Assembly (NCBI GenBank): GCA_031370785.1
Contig: JANMQY010000016.1
Location: forward strand, 1 to 64,000
Direction of reading: 5' to 3'
Length of the DNA: 64,000 bases
Source of the DNA: Candidatus Eiseniibacteriota bacterium
GTDB taxonomy: Bacteria > Eisenbacteria > RBG-16-71-46
Made by a program: the position numbers and the translations under genes. Positions within the stretch are counted from its first letter, which is position 1. Each line of letters opens with the position of its first letter. This document shows, piece by piece, positions 41,299 to 50,830 of the stretch. The notes below the pieces were generated by a model that did no database searches, was not told the DNA's origin, and was given only the letters and a program-made list of their open reading frames with translations.

Positions 41299-43400
41299 GG
41301 TTGGGTACTCCTCGACACGTCAGTGGATGACCCCGGTCCTGGGCGATCCAGTGGCTTCGGCCTCGCCGGGACCGCGGAAGCGGGCGGCGGCGGCACGGTG
41401 AAAGGCACCAGAAATCTCGTGCAACGACCCTCTCCGGCCTGCAACTCGCACAGGCGGCAGTCGCACAGCTCGATGTCCGCGATCACGGTGGTGCTGACGA
41501 TGTAGGACGGGATGGTGATGTTGGAGGCCTGTGTGCTTGCCATCGGATTCAGGAACGCCGGCGCGTACACGGTGTCCGCCCCGCTGGCGTCCTGGCCGCG
41601 GAACTTGACGCTGATCCGGATCACGGTGCTGGCCGAGGGACGTCCCGGCGGCGGCTTCGACACGCTGGTCCCGGCGGCTTCGAAGTCGTAGGGGTCGTCG
41701 TCCCCCGCCGGAAGGTTCAGCGTGATGTCCCGGGTCGGATACACGGTCTGTGGCCTCGGCGGGAATGCGGGCGTAAAGCCCGGCTGCGCCGTCCGGAAGT
41801 ACGGCAGCTTGTCCACGTAGAAGGTCAGGATTCGTTTCCTGAGATCCGTCTCGTAGTCGGTTCGCTGGCCGGTCGGTGTGCCGTCCACCTGATTCGCGAA
41901 GATGGGTGGATCGAGCACCTGCAGGTCCATTCCACCGACCCCGCGTCCGTCTCCGTCCTCGGCGCGCAGAATCGCGTAGGCCCTGCCCGCGTTGATCATC
42001 GGCCAGTACGCGTTCATGCGCGGGGCCCGGAAAGTGGAAGCGGGATCGAAGACCGGAAGGACTCCCGAGAGCGAAGGGTAGCTTCGCTGCTGGGACGGAT
42101 TGAGCTCGATCACGACCTGGGAACGGAAGCCGATCGGCGAACCGTTCGGAGGTCCGGGGCGGAGCACGACCGCCGCGCCCGGAGCCAGCCCGCTCGTGTC
42201 GGGGAGGTTCGGATCCTTGTCCGAGACCTTGACGTTGTACGGAGAGTCGGCGTCGATTCCGCCGCCGCTCAGCACCACCCACGAGTTCATGTTGACGGTG
42301 TCGTTCTCGCTGCGCACGTAGATCCGGTTCTTGTAGATCTCGAAGAACGTCCGTTGCTCGGGACGCAACGCGGGGAGCACGGTCACCGAATCCTTGCTGA
42401 GCTGGCTTCCAGTGATGGCAGGCACCGGGGACCCGGGGCTGAGCTCGAGGTAGGTGGCGCCGGTCGCTGCGTCGCGCGTGTACGGAAAGGCGTTCGGGTC
42501 GGGGCCCGCGAACCACGTGTACGGGCTCATGTTCATCTGGAAACGCCGATTGGCCTGACGCGCACCACCTGCCTGATCGACCGCGCGCACAGTGAAGCGC
42601 TTCGCTCCAGGCGCCACGGCGTCCGACGGTCCCGAATTGTAGGTCACCACGCGGGTGGACGAATCCACTTCGATGAAATTGGGCTCGTCGAGCTTGTACT
42701 TGAACTTGGTCACGTATGTGCCGGGCAGCGTGGGCTCGGCGTGCCAGCGGAACGTGAGCATGCTGGTCGATGGAATGGTGTCCTTGACCAGGGTCGCGGC
42801 GTTGACGGTATCGGTGATGAAGAAGGTGCGACGCACCAGCGTCACCCCACCGCCGGGCGCGCGAATGAACAGGTCGCCGATCGCCTTCGCTTCATCGATG
42901 TAGAGCGCGGGAGGGTACTTGTCCTGCGCGTTGAAGATGACCCGGGCCGGAGTCGCGTCCGCGCGGCCCTTGTTGTCCACCGCGTAGACGTAGAACCCGT
43001 GCTGGCGGTCGGGATGTCCCTCGGAGACGTTGAAGATCAACGTCGTGTCGCTGCGCGTAGTGAAGTGGTAGTCGGCAGGCTTGGGGCCAGGGAGATTGGG
43101 AATATCGCGCAGGCCCGGAGGCGGGTCCGGAAGGGTTTCCGTCACCGCGAAGTAGTAGCCGACGACCTCGCCGTCCTCGTCCGCTCCGGCCCAGTACAGG
43201 TGGAAGCGAACCGGGATCTTCCCGGGCGGTGAAGGCACGACCCTGCCCTGCGCGTCCTTGGTGACCAGAGTGTCCTGGGGCGCCGCGGTAAGCCAGGTTT
43301 CAGGGGCTTTATTGTTGTCGGCGGGCGACAGAGGCTTGCGACATCCGAGACCCGCGAGAATCGCGATGACAAATAGAAATACACCAGCACGTAAACGCAT
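41295..43400 (-). CDS. Large lipoprotein with Ig/Fn3-like modules, paralogous to its neighbour at the N-terminus
   Basis: Lipobox AGLGC; NKAPET..LYWAGADEDGEVVGY, FYVYAVDNKGRADATPA, FTVRAVDQAG. Confidence 0.75.
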   Translation of the reverse strand: MRLRAGVFLFVIAILAGLGCRKPLSPADNNKAPETWLTAAPQDTLVTKDAQGRVVPSPPGKIPVRFHLYWAGADEDGEVVGYYFAVTETLPDPPPGLRDIPNLPGPKPADYHFTTRSDTTLIFNVSEGHPDRQHGFYVYAVDNKGRADATPARVIFNAQDKYPPALYIDEAKAIGDLFIRAPGGGVTLVRRTFFITDTVNAATLVKDTIPSTSMLTFRWHAEPTLPGTYVTKFKYKLDEPNFIEVDSSTRVVTYNSGPSDAVAPGAKRFTVRAVDQAGGARQANRRFQMNMSPYTWFAGPDPNAFPYTRDAATGATYLELSPGSPVPAITGSQLSKDSVTVLPALRPEQRTFFEIYKNRIYVRSENDTVNMNSWVVLSGGGIDADSPYNVKVSDKDPNLPDTSGLAPGAAVVLRPGPPNGSPIGFRSQVVIELNPSQQRSYPSLSGVLPVFDPASTFRAPRMNAYWPMINAGRAYAILRAEDGDGRGVGGMDLQVLDPPIFANQVDGTPTGQRTDYETDLRKRILTFYVDKLPYFRTAQPGFTPAFPPRPQTVYPTRDITLNLPAGDDDPYDFEAAGTSVSKPPPGRPSASTVIRISVKFRGQDASGADTVYAPAFLNPMASTQASNITIPSYIVSTTVIADIELCDCRLCELQAGEGRCTRFLVPFTVPPPPASAVPARPKPLDRPGPGSSTDVSRSTQP

Positions 43401-43443
43401 TCACGTCCCCCGGCACGCCCAGTCTTGTGAAGGGAATGGGGGG

Positions 43444-43472
43444 ACGCTATCAAGCGGGGAACAGGGCGTCAA
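43444..43472 (-). promoter_or_regulatory. Sigma70-like promoter of the lipoprotein operon
   Basis: Minus strand TTGACG-N17-TAGCGT. Confidence 0.55.
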
Positions 43473-43569
43473 GCGGCAAAACCGGGCAAACGCTGGATTT
43501 CGACCGGACCCGAAGGCTCGAGAGCCGCACGGTGAACTCGACGATGACCGCCTGGCCTGGATTCCGCAC

Positions 43570-43605
43570 AAAAGACGGCGGACGGGGCTTGCGCCCCGCC
43601 CGCCG
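43570..43605 (-). terminator. Rho-independent terminator after the 1430-aa gene
   Basis: CGGCGGGCGGGGC-GCAA-GCCCCGTCCGCCG followed by TCTTTT. Confidence 0.85.
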
Positions 43606-43625
43606 CTTGAAACCGCAGACCGTCT

Positions 43626-46600
43626 TTACTTCAGGACGATCAGCTTCTTCGCATCGACGAACCGGCTGTTCACGTACTTGACCTGAGTGAAGTAGACGCC
43701 ACGGGCAACCTGCGCACCGTGATCGTTCACGCCGTCCCAGGTAATGGTGTGCTCACCGGCGGGGAACTGACGCTCCACCAGATTGCGCACCTGCCGACCG
43801 GCGACGTCGTACACCTTGATCTCGACCCGGTCAGACTTCGCCAGGCCGAAGTGCACGGACGCCATACCCGTCGTGAGCGGGTTGTTCCGCAGGTTCATGA
43901 AGTTCACGAACTGCGAACCATCGCGCAGCCCCGGGACGTCCAACGTCACCAGCGCATTCCCAACAACTGGGCAGCCACTGATTCCGGCGAAGACGTTCGA
44001 GAGCGCGTTGTAGTAGTACGCGAGACGACCATAGCTCGTGATGTCGTACCGGCTGGTCACAGTCGCGATATCGAAGCCTTCCGCAATTGCCACCCACGGA
44101 CGAGCCGCCGAAATCGGCTTGACGCTCACGGCCACGTACGGACCATTCGTACCCACGTTCTGGTATTCCGCGCCGGTGACCACCTCAGGAATGCCGAGCT
44201 GATTCAGGAGCAGCACGTCCTGGGTGTACGTGCACGAATTGCGGACACCGTAGATGTCCGAAGCGTGCGCCGCACCGACCAGAGCACTCGTCGGGATCAG
44301 ATCAGCAGCCTGAGCCGAGTTCAGCGAAGCTGCGCGGTAACCCGGGAAGTTGAGATCCATTCCGAAGAACAGGGTGTTCAGGTCTTCCTGATAGAAGTCC
44401 CAATCGAAGTTCGACTGGGCGAAGCCATTGCCGCCGACCCACACGCCGACCGGGTTCGCCGTCGTCGCGCCGAGCATGTAGTCCTCGAACGCCTTGACGT
44501 CGTCAGCCGTCTTGTCGGTCACAGGACCCAGCAGGCCCGAGTTGAGATCGCCGAACAGGGCGAAGACAACTTTGTAGTAGGCCTGCAGCATCTCGGTGGT
44601 CGGTGCATTCAAGGCGTACTTGTTGTGGACCTTGTTGGCCGCGGCCGGATTGCGAACCGCGAAGCGGGAGCCGAGTGAACCGGAACCCGTATTCAGCGAC
44701 TCCGAGGCCTTCACGCCGTACATGTCGAACAACGTTCCGGCAGACAGATTCTTGCCATGCACGCGGTACGCCGGGTTGTTGATGGCGTCTCCCGTGCTGC
44801 CGGTGTGGTTGTCGACGTTGCCCGGTGCCCGCCAACCGTTGTGACCGCCACGATGCGCCGCACTGGTGGCGCCGATCGAGTCAGCAACGCTGACCCAGAT
44901 CCGCTCGTCACCACGGCGATCGTTCCAGTCGACATAGAGCATGCAGGCGCTCTTCCAACGATCCGGAAGGACGCTGAACTCCTGCCAACGGTGAGCGTCG
45001 GTCGAGGATTCGAGCTCCTGCGGCGTCACGGTGTTCGTGTCAGGAACCATGTCGAATACCGTGGCCACACCCTTGAGATCCTGACGACGGAAGAAGTACT
45101 GGACGTGCGTGCCAGGCGTGAAGATTCCGTCCGGCAGAATCGAGGTGTACTCGATCGTCGACGCATTGCCGTCGTAGCCGACAGCCGCTGGATTCGACGT
45201 CACCCACGACGGCGGAGTGCCGTTGCAGACGACGTTAGGATCCGTGAGGGAGGCATTCACCGGATCGACTATGAAGCAGCGGAACTTGCTGAGGCCGAGC
45301 GACGTGTAGTGCGGGTCGAGCTCGTGCAGAGTCGACTGCCACGCCGTTCCGCCGACGTCCTGCGGAATGAAGCCCTTGCCCAGCACCGGGAAGTAGTTGG
45401 TCTCCTGCGTGTCGCAGCGAGCGCTGTTCCACACGATGGAGCTCCAACCGCTCGGAGCGGCCGCGTGCTGAGCGATTGCGCCGGACGAAGACTTCTCACC
45501 CGGGATCGCTTCATACGCGCCCCAGAACGAGCCGTCGCCAACGGTGACGGGGGTCGTGCTGGTCGGAATACGACGCAGACCGGTCGACGGATCGCCCACG
45601 GTGACGTAGTTGCCGACGCCGGGACGAATGCGGAAGACCATGTCGATCCGGAGCGAATCGCCCGGAGAGATGACGGAAACCGAGTCACCCGGAACGTCGA
45701 AGCGCAGGCCGGAAGCACCCGGGGTCTGAGTGGTATTCAGACCGGTACGGATGAGTGCTGCGGTCGTGTCGAAGTTCGCGGTGCCGGGAAGTCCGGCGGT
45801 CTCATTCGCAGGGAACGTGTCCTGGAACCAGTGCCAGATGTCGACGCTGATCGCCTGCGGATTGCCGTCGATGATCACGAGGGCGGAATTATCGAAGTAG
45901 CATCCGTCCGTCGGGGAGCACCCGGCCGTGACACCGAAGCGATAGCAGGTCTGGATCTTGCGCAGCATGATTCGCATGGAGTCCGGAATGGCAGTGGGAT
46001 TCGAGGTCTTTATGAGGCCATACTGCTTGGCAGCGTCTAAAACATAGAAACACTGCTTGTCCGGGTTGAAGAAGATGAATCCCGGGGTACGGATGGCGCC
46101 CCACTCCTTGGTTCCGGGAGCAGGACCACCGGCAGGCTGGGTCGAGGGGTAGTTCTGCATACCACTCTGCCAGGCGTTGCCGGACGCGAAGATGTCGAAG
46201 ATACCGGCATATATCGCGTACCAGATGTAGTAGTCCGCGGTAGCGGTCGCCTCTTCACCGGTCAGATCCCAGGCATTCTTGGTCTTCGAGAGCGCCTTGA
46301 GGTTGACGGTGGGAGAGATCATGCCCCAGCTGCCGGCTTCGTTCGGGCTGTGATTCGCGTTGTTGATCGGATCGCCAGCACGCTCGAAGAAGTCGTGGTT
46401 ACCGGCCGAAACCACTGTGCCCTTGAGGTCGCAGATGCGGAACGTGCTGTTCACGTCACCGCACAGGTCCTCGAAGGTCAGGCTTGCCAGATTGTGCGCA
46501 TGGAAGTAGATCGCCGGCGGCTTGCCGGTCGACTTCCACCGCTGCTCGGCCGTGAACGACGAGCTGTTGTCGATATCGCTTGCGGCCGATTCGAAGTCAC

Positions 46601-47918
46601 CGATGGTGACCGCGCCGGCGCCGATGTTGTAAGCGACGTCATCCAGCCGCGCCGCACCACGGCCCTTCGAAGTAAACGCCGTGCCCTGATCGTCGAAGCC
46701 ACGGTTGGTGTGCACACGGAACACCACACGCAGCCTGTTGCCCGACGACTTGAGTGCGTTCACGTCCGCGTTGCTGATGACGATGCTGGGAGAGCCGGCC
46801 GAGCTGTCCGTGCTGCTGAACAGCCACAGCCGCTTGTCCTTGTTCACGACCTCGTTGAACCAGCGACGGAGGTCGTCGTAGATCGCACGGGTCGTACCAT
46901 CCGAGCCCTTCCAGGTGCCTTCCACCGGCTCGCCCACGTACACCTGGAACGAGTCGACCGGAGCCAGGGCGTTTGCCGCGAATGCCGGCGGTCCCGCCTC
47001 GGCGCTGATGAAGTTGCCCGCGGCCGTGGTGAGAGGATCGCCATCGAACCAGCCGGTCCGGGTGGCGGGCGCCACACCCTTGCCCGTCGACATCTGAGTC
47101 GCATAGTTGAAGCTCAGCGTCAGATTGTTGGCGCCGATGCCTGAGACGTCGATGTCACGGTAGAGAATCTGATCCATCTGCGAGGCGTAGCCCGGGAAGC
47201 GATCCCCGGCGCCGTTGCCGATGGTCGAGGTGTTGGTCTGATTGCTGGTCATCTGAAGCGCGCCGACGTTGAAGGCGTTGCCCGTGAGGGGGTCCGACAC
47301 CGTCAAATCGCCGGCATTGCGAAGACCCATCCACGCCGACCTGGTGCCGGTGATCGGGGTCCAGCCCACGCCGAGTCCGGCGCCGGCTCCGGTGTTACCC
47401 GGATCGCTGTGCCACACACCCACTACGCCGAACGTGCGGTTGCCGACCAGATTCGACGTGTAGTCGTGGCTCCGCGCTTCGTTGATCACGTAGTTGGCGG
47501 TGTTGCCCATTTCGATCGCCCACCAGGGACGATTGACGTCGACGCGCACGGCACCAGAAGCGTTGCCGTGAACCATGCGAATCGACCACCAGCCCTGCAT
47601 GGAGTCCCCGTTCACCGGGTTCTCCCAGGTCCAGAGTCCGTTCTCGTTGGAGTTCGGACGATTCGGACCTTTTCCGACCTTCCAGTAATTCGTGGCGCCC
47701 GGCAGATTGGAGTAGCCGACCCACACCGTATCGTTCGGACTCGGGGTGGACGAGACTCCCATCTTGGCGGCACGCGAGCGCAACTGGGTGGACATCTGTG
47801 CGTTGTTCAGCATCGGCTGAACGCCGTCACCGAGTCCATTGTCCTGCGCGATCGCGAGACTCGCCGTGAGCGCAGCAGCCCCTGCCATCAGGAGCAGCGC
47901 GACGTACGACTTTCTCAT
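43626..47918 (-). CDS. Very large secreted surface protein (about 1430 aa) with a FlgD-Ig/T9SS-like CTD
   Basis: RBS GGAGG before MRKSYVALLL signal peptide; N/T/S/G/W-rich; jelly-roll-like motifs; CTD IKVYDVAGRQVRNL..WDGVNDHG..GVYF. Confidence 0.85.
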   Translation of the reverse strand: MRKSYVALLLMAGAAALTASLAIAQDNGLGDGVQPMLNNAQMSTQLRSRAAKMGVSSTPSPNDTVWVGYSNLPGATNYWKVGKGPNRPNSNENGLWTWENPVNGDSMQGWWSIRMVHGNASGAVRVDVNRPWWAIEMGNTANYVINEARSHDYTSNLVGNRTFGVVGVWHSDPGNTGAGAGLGVGWTPITGTRSAWMGLRNAGDLTVSDPLTGNAFNVGALQMTSNQTNTSTIGNGAGDRFPGYASQMDQILYRDIDVSGIGANNLTLSFNYATQMSTGKGVAPATRTGWFDGDPLTTAAGNFISAEAGPPAFAANALAPVDSFQVYVGEPVEGTWKGSDGTTRAIYDDLRRWFNEVVNKDKRLWLFSSTDSSAGSPSIVISNADVNALKSSGNRLRVVFRVHTNRGFDDQGTAFTSKGRGAARLDDVAYNIGAGAVTIGDFESAASDIDNSSSFTAEQRWKSTGKPPAIYFHAHNLASLTFEDLCGDVNSTFRICDLKGTVVSAGNHDFFERAGDPINNANHSPNEAGSWGMISPTVNLKALSKTKNAWDLTGEEATATADYYIWYAIYAGIFDIFASGNAWQSGMQNYPSTQPAGGPAPGTKEWGAIRTPGFIFFNPDKQCFYVLDAAKQYGLIKTSNPTAIPDSMRIMLRKIQTCYRFGVTAGCSPTDGCYFDNSALVIIDGNPQAISVDIWHWFQDTFPANETAGLPGTANFDTTAALIRTGLNTTQTPGASGLRFDVPGDSVSVISPGDSLRIDMVFRIRPGVGNYVTVGDPSTGLRRIPTSTTPVTVGDGSFWGAYEAIPGEKSSSGAIAQHAAAPSGWSSIVWNSARCDTQETNYFPVLGKGFIPQDVGGTAWQSTLHELDPHYTSLGLSKFRCFIVDPVNASLTDPNVVCNGTPPSWVTSNPAAVGYDGNASTIEYTSILPDGIFTPGTHVQYFFRRQDLKGVATVFDMVPDTNTVTPQELESSTDAHRWQEFSVLPDRWKSACMLYVDWNDRRGDERIWVSVADSIGATSAAHRGGHNGWRAPGNVDNHTGSTGDAINNPAYRVHGKNLSAGTLFDMYGVKASESLNTGSGSLGSRFAVRNPAAANKVHNKYALNAPTTEMLQAYYKVVFALFGDLNSGLLGPVTDKTADDVKAFEDYMLGATTANPVGVWVGGNGFAQSNFDWDFYQEDLNTLFFGMDLNFPGYRAASLNSAQAADLIPTSALVGAAHASDIYGVRNSCTYTQDVLLLNQLGIPEVVTGAEYQNVGTNGPYVAVSVKPISAARPWVAIAEGFDIATVTSRYDITSYGRLAYYYNALSNVFAGISGCPVVGNALVTLDVPGLRDGSQFVNFMNLRNNPLTTGMASVHFGLAKSDRVEIKVYDVAGRQVRNLVERQFPAGEHTITWDGVNDHGAQVARGVYFTQVKYVNSRFVDAKKLIVLK

Positions 47919-48261
47919 CTGACTACCTCCATCGTCGCAATGCATGGGCAATGCGAAGTCTTCCAAATTACAGATTGCGAGCGAGGTGTCGCGGAAAACA
48001 GTTCGGCCGCCGGACTCTCAAGTGAAACGAGTGGAATCCGTCGGACGATAGCTGCTCGAAGAGCCCATCCCCCCTTTCCGCTGCCGCGCGCCGGTCTTTA
48101 GGCAGTTCAGACCGAACACGGCACTATTGAATGCGCGAACTCGTTGTCGAGCTGAAGAGCACACGTCGACCGCTGCCAGCCATCGGGTGCCCAACAACCG
48201 CGGAACTTGAGGTGCATCTGGGGGTTCATACAGGACGCACCACTACCCCAGCACGAGAAGA

Positions 48262-48302
48262 AGGCTAGGACTCCTGACAGGGTTCTGTCAATCCGTTTTT
48301 TT
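48262..48302 (-). promoter_or_regulatory. Strong sigma70-like promoter with UP-like A-tract and overlapping inverted repeat
   Basis: Minus strand A7 tract, TTGACA-N18-TAGCCT; TGACAG-N4-CTGTCA dyad overlaps the -35. Confidence 0.65.
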
Positions 48303-48331
48303 GCTGAGACTTGGCGTCGGTGCAAGCCGCT

Positions 48332-49636
48332 TCAATTCAGCATGATCGAGCGCGCCGCCCATGCCGAAATCCATCCGGCATCCTGACTGGCGACCAGCAC
48401 GGGACCTTTCTCCGCGCGCCTGGCGATCAGAGCGCCCAGAGCCATGCGCCTCATGGGGTCGAGCCCCGCGGTCGGCTCATCCAGGCAGAGCAGTCCGGCC
48501 GGGGCGATGAGCGCTCCGATCACCTGGACCATGCGCTTCTCGCCGCCCGATAGCCCCCAGCACCGGCGCTCGAAGAATGTGCCGGGCGAGAGCCCGAGCG
48601 ATTCGAAGCAGGCCGCGGCGCGCGCGAGCGCGGCGGATCGGACCACTCCCCTGCTGACCGCGGCGTAGACCAGCTCGTCCGCTACCCTCTCTTCGAAGAT
48701 CTGGTGCTCCGGGTACTGCGTCGCCAGAATCGGAGGCGGACCCGCGATGACCTCCGGATCGAGCGTGATCTGATCCGGGCGGATGAGGCCGCTCGCGGCC
48801 GCGAGAATCACGCTCTTCCCGGAACCGTTGGGGCCCGAAACCGCGGTCACCGCGCGGGATGCCAGCACGATCTCGCTCATGGCACCGACCTGCACGCGCG
48901 GCCCCTCGAGCGGCAGCCGGGGCGAAACCCGGATCGTCAGAGCGACCTCGCTCCCGGGATCGGGCGTCGGGTCGGACCCTCGCGGCGGCCGCCCGGCGGA
49001 TTCGCCCAGATCCAGGGTGCGATCGGCGGCGCTGCGCTCGACCGGGTCCTGCGTCACCCACACCACTGCAAGGCCGCGCCCCACTTCCTCCCGTACCAGC
49101 GCCAGCACCGCGGCGCGGGCCGCGGGGTCGAGGTGGGCGGCCGGCTCGTCGGCAATCAGCAGGCGGGGAGAGGCCGCGAGGGCCGCGGCGATCAGAACCA
49201 GCTGCTGGCGCCCTGCTGAGAGGGAAGCGCTCTCGCGCGTCAGCTCCGAGCCCAGGCCCAGCCGCTCGGCCAGAGCCGACACCTGGCCCTTGACCTCGGA
49301 GGGTGGGCGAGCGAGGTTCCGGGCGGTGAATGCGATCTCGTCGGCGACGTGCCGCTGGAGCAGCTGACTCGCGGGGTCCTGCAGCACCACCGCGACCTGG
49401 GCCCGCTCGCGGGGATGGCTCTCGGGTCCGAAGGCGCGCCCGTTCAACTCCAGCGTGCCGCGCCGCGCGGGCCACAGACCGGCGAGGGTGAGAGCGAGCG
49501 TGGACTTGCCGCCGCCATTCGGTCCGCCAACCGCGAGCCACTCCCCGGGCCTAAGGTCAAGCGACAGGCCGCGCAGCACAGCTTCCGGTGCCCCCGGCGG
49601 ACCGCCCCACAGATCGCACGCGCGGAGCAGCGGCAC
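48332..49636 (-). CDS. Tandem-domain ABC ATPase, ECF/CbiO-like, divergent
   Basis: Two Walker A (GPNGGGKS, GPNGSGKS), Q-loops QDPASQ and QYPEHQ, LSAG and LSGGEK, DEP motifs. Start estimated at GTG 49636. Confidence 0.78.
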   Translation of the reverse strand: MPLLRACDLWGGPPGAPEAVLRGLSLDLRPGEWLAVGGPNGGGKSTLALTLAGLWPARRGTLELNGRAFGPESHPRERAQVAVVLQDPASQLLQRHVADEIAFTARNLARPPSEVKGQVSALAERLGLGSELTRESASLSAGRQQLVLIAAALAASPRLLIADEPAAHLDPAARAAVLALVREEVGRGLAVVWVTQDPVERSAADRTLDLGESAGRPPRGSDPTPDPGSEVALTIRVSPRLPLEGPRVQVGAMSEIVLASRAVTAVSGPNGSGKSVILAAASGLIRPDQITLDPEVIAGPPPILATQYPEHQIFEERVADELVYAAVSRGVVRSAALARAAACFESLGLSPGTFFERRCWGLSGGEKRMVQVIGALIAPAGLLCLDEPTAGLDPMRRMALGALIARRAEKGPVLVASQDAGWISAWAARSIMLN

Positions 49637-49647
49637 GCCGGAACCGC

Positions 49648-50826
49648 TCAAGCGCCCGGGCGCCGGTTCCAGGCCGCAAGCGCGGCCTCGGCGACCTCGC
49701 GCAGCGAGCGCGCACCCCGCTCGGCCGCCGCGCGAACCGATTCGAACTCGGGCACCGCGCGCTCGCTGCCGTCCGGCAGAGCCGCGACCTTGAGCGCAAT
49801 CTTTCCGTACGTGGTCTCGACCTCGACCTGGTGACGCGGCAGCTCGTAGCGCTCGTCGATCCGGACCCGCACGCCCAGAGTCGAGGTGTCGCGCATCAGG
49901 CGCTGAGCAAGCGCCTCGGCGTCGGCCGGCTCCGCGATCACGACCAGCCACAATCCGGGGCGCCCCTTCTTCATGACGGTCGGCACCACCATGGCATCCA
50001 GCGCGCCGGCCGCGAGCAGCTGCGGAATCAGCGCCGCCACGTACTGGGGGTTGTCATCGTCGAGCGCGGTCTCGAGCACCGCGACCGGGCGCCGGCCCGC
50101 ACGCGCGTTCTCGACCTCGCCGATCATCACCCGCAGCACGTTCGGCTGCTCCGCGAGATCGCGCCCGCCGGCGCCGGTGCCGATGCGCTCGAGCCGATAC
50201 GGCGGGGGCGCCTCCCAGCGCCGGACCAGCGTGCTCAGCAGCGCGGCGCCGGTTGGCGTCACCAGTTCGAAATCGACCGGACCGTGGCGCACCGGAACTC
50301 CGCGCAGGAGCAGCGCGGTGGCCGGCGCCGGCACCGGGATGCGGCCATGCTCGCAGTCCACCGTGCCGCCGCCGAGCGGAAGGGTCGACGCATACACCTC
50401 GTCGACTCCCAGAGCGTGGAGTCCCTCGACCGCGCCGACCACGTCGATCAGAGCATCCACCGCCCCGACCTCGTGAAAGTGCACCTTCTCGAGGGTGGTG
50501 CCGTGCACCTCGGCCTCGGCTTCGGCCAGCCTGCGGAAGACGGCGCGCGCTCCGGCACGCACCGGCGCGGCGAGATCGCCGGCGTCGATCATGGCTTCGA
50601 GGTGCTGGAGATGGCGGTGCGGCTGTTTTCCCTCCGCGTGCACGTCCACCTTGACCGCGGTGAACGCGCCGCGGCGCGCCGCTCCGATCTCGACCCGCGC
50701 GCCTTCGAGATGGAGCCTGCGCGGCAGCGCTTCGAGCTCGGCCGCCGGCCAGCCCGCCGAGACCAGCGCACCCAGCGTCATGTCGCCGCTGATTCCCGAG
50801 AAACAGTCGAAGTAGGCGAGCCTCAA
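49648..50826 (-). CDS. larC: Nickel pincer cofactor biosynthesis protein LarC
   Basis: YFDCFSGISGDM, AEAEVHG..VHFHEVGAVDA, HGRIPVPAPAT, TPTGAA, MKKGRPG, PEFES. Confidence 0.95.
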   Translation of the reverse strand: MRLAYFDCFSGISGDMTLGALVSAGWPAAELEALPRRLHLEGARVEIGAARRGAFTAVKVDVHAEGKQPHRHLQHLEAMIDAGDLAAPVRAGARAVFRRLAEAEAEVHGTTLEKVHFHEVGAVDALIDVVGAVEGLHALGVDEVYASTLPLGGGTVDCEHGRIPVPAPATALLLRGVPVRHGPVDFELVTPTGAALLSTLVRRWEAPPPYRLERIGTGAGGRDLAEQPNVLRVMIGEVENARAGRRPVAVLETALDDDNPQYVAALIPQLLAAGALDAMVVPTVMKKGRPGLWLVVIAEPADAEALAQRLMRDTSTLGVRVRIDERYELPRHQVEVETTYGKIALKVAALPDGSERAVPEFESVRAAAERGARSLREVAEAALAAWNRRPGA

Positions 50827-50830
50827 CCCC

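Noticed and set aside
38860..48300. Lower-GC region as a horizontally acquired island
   Set aside because: No mobility genes or boundary repeats. Amino-acid composition and high-expression codon use explain it, and the promoter matches the native HU promoter. Not formally excluded.
48107..48325. 72-aa minus-strand ORF upstream of the large surface protein
   Set aside because: It spans the predicted promoter, has no RBS or recognisable features, and the region is better explained as promoter plus leader.
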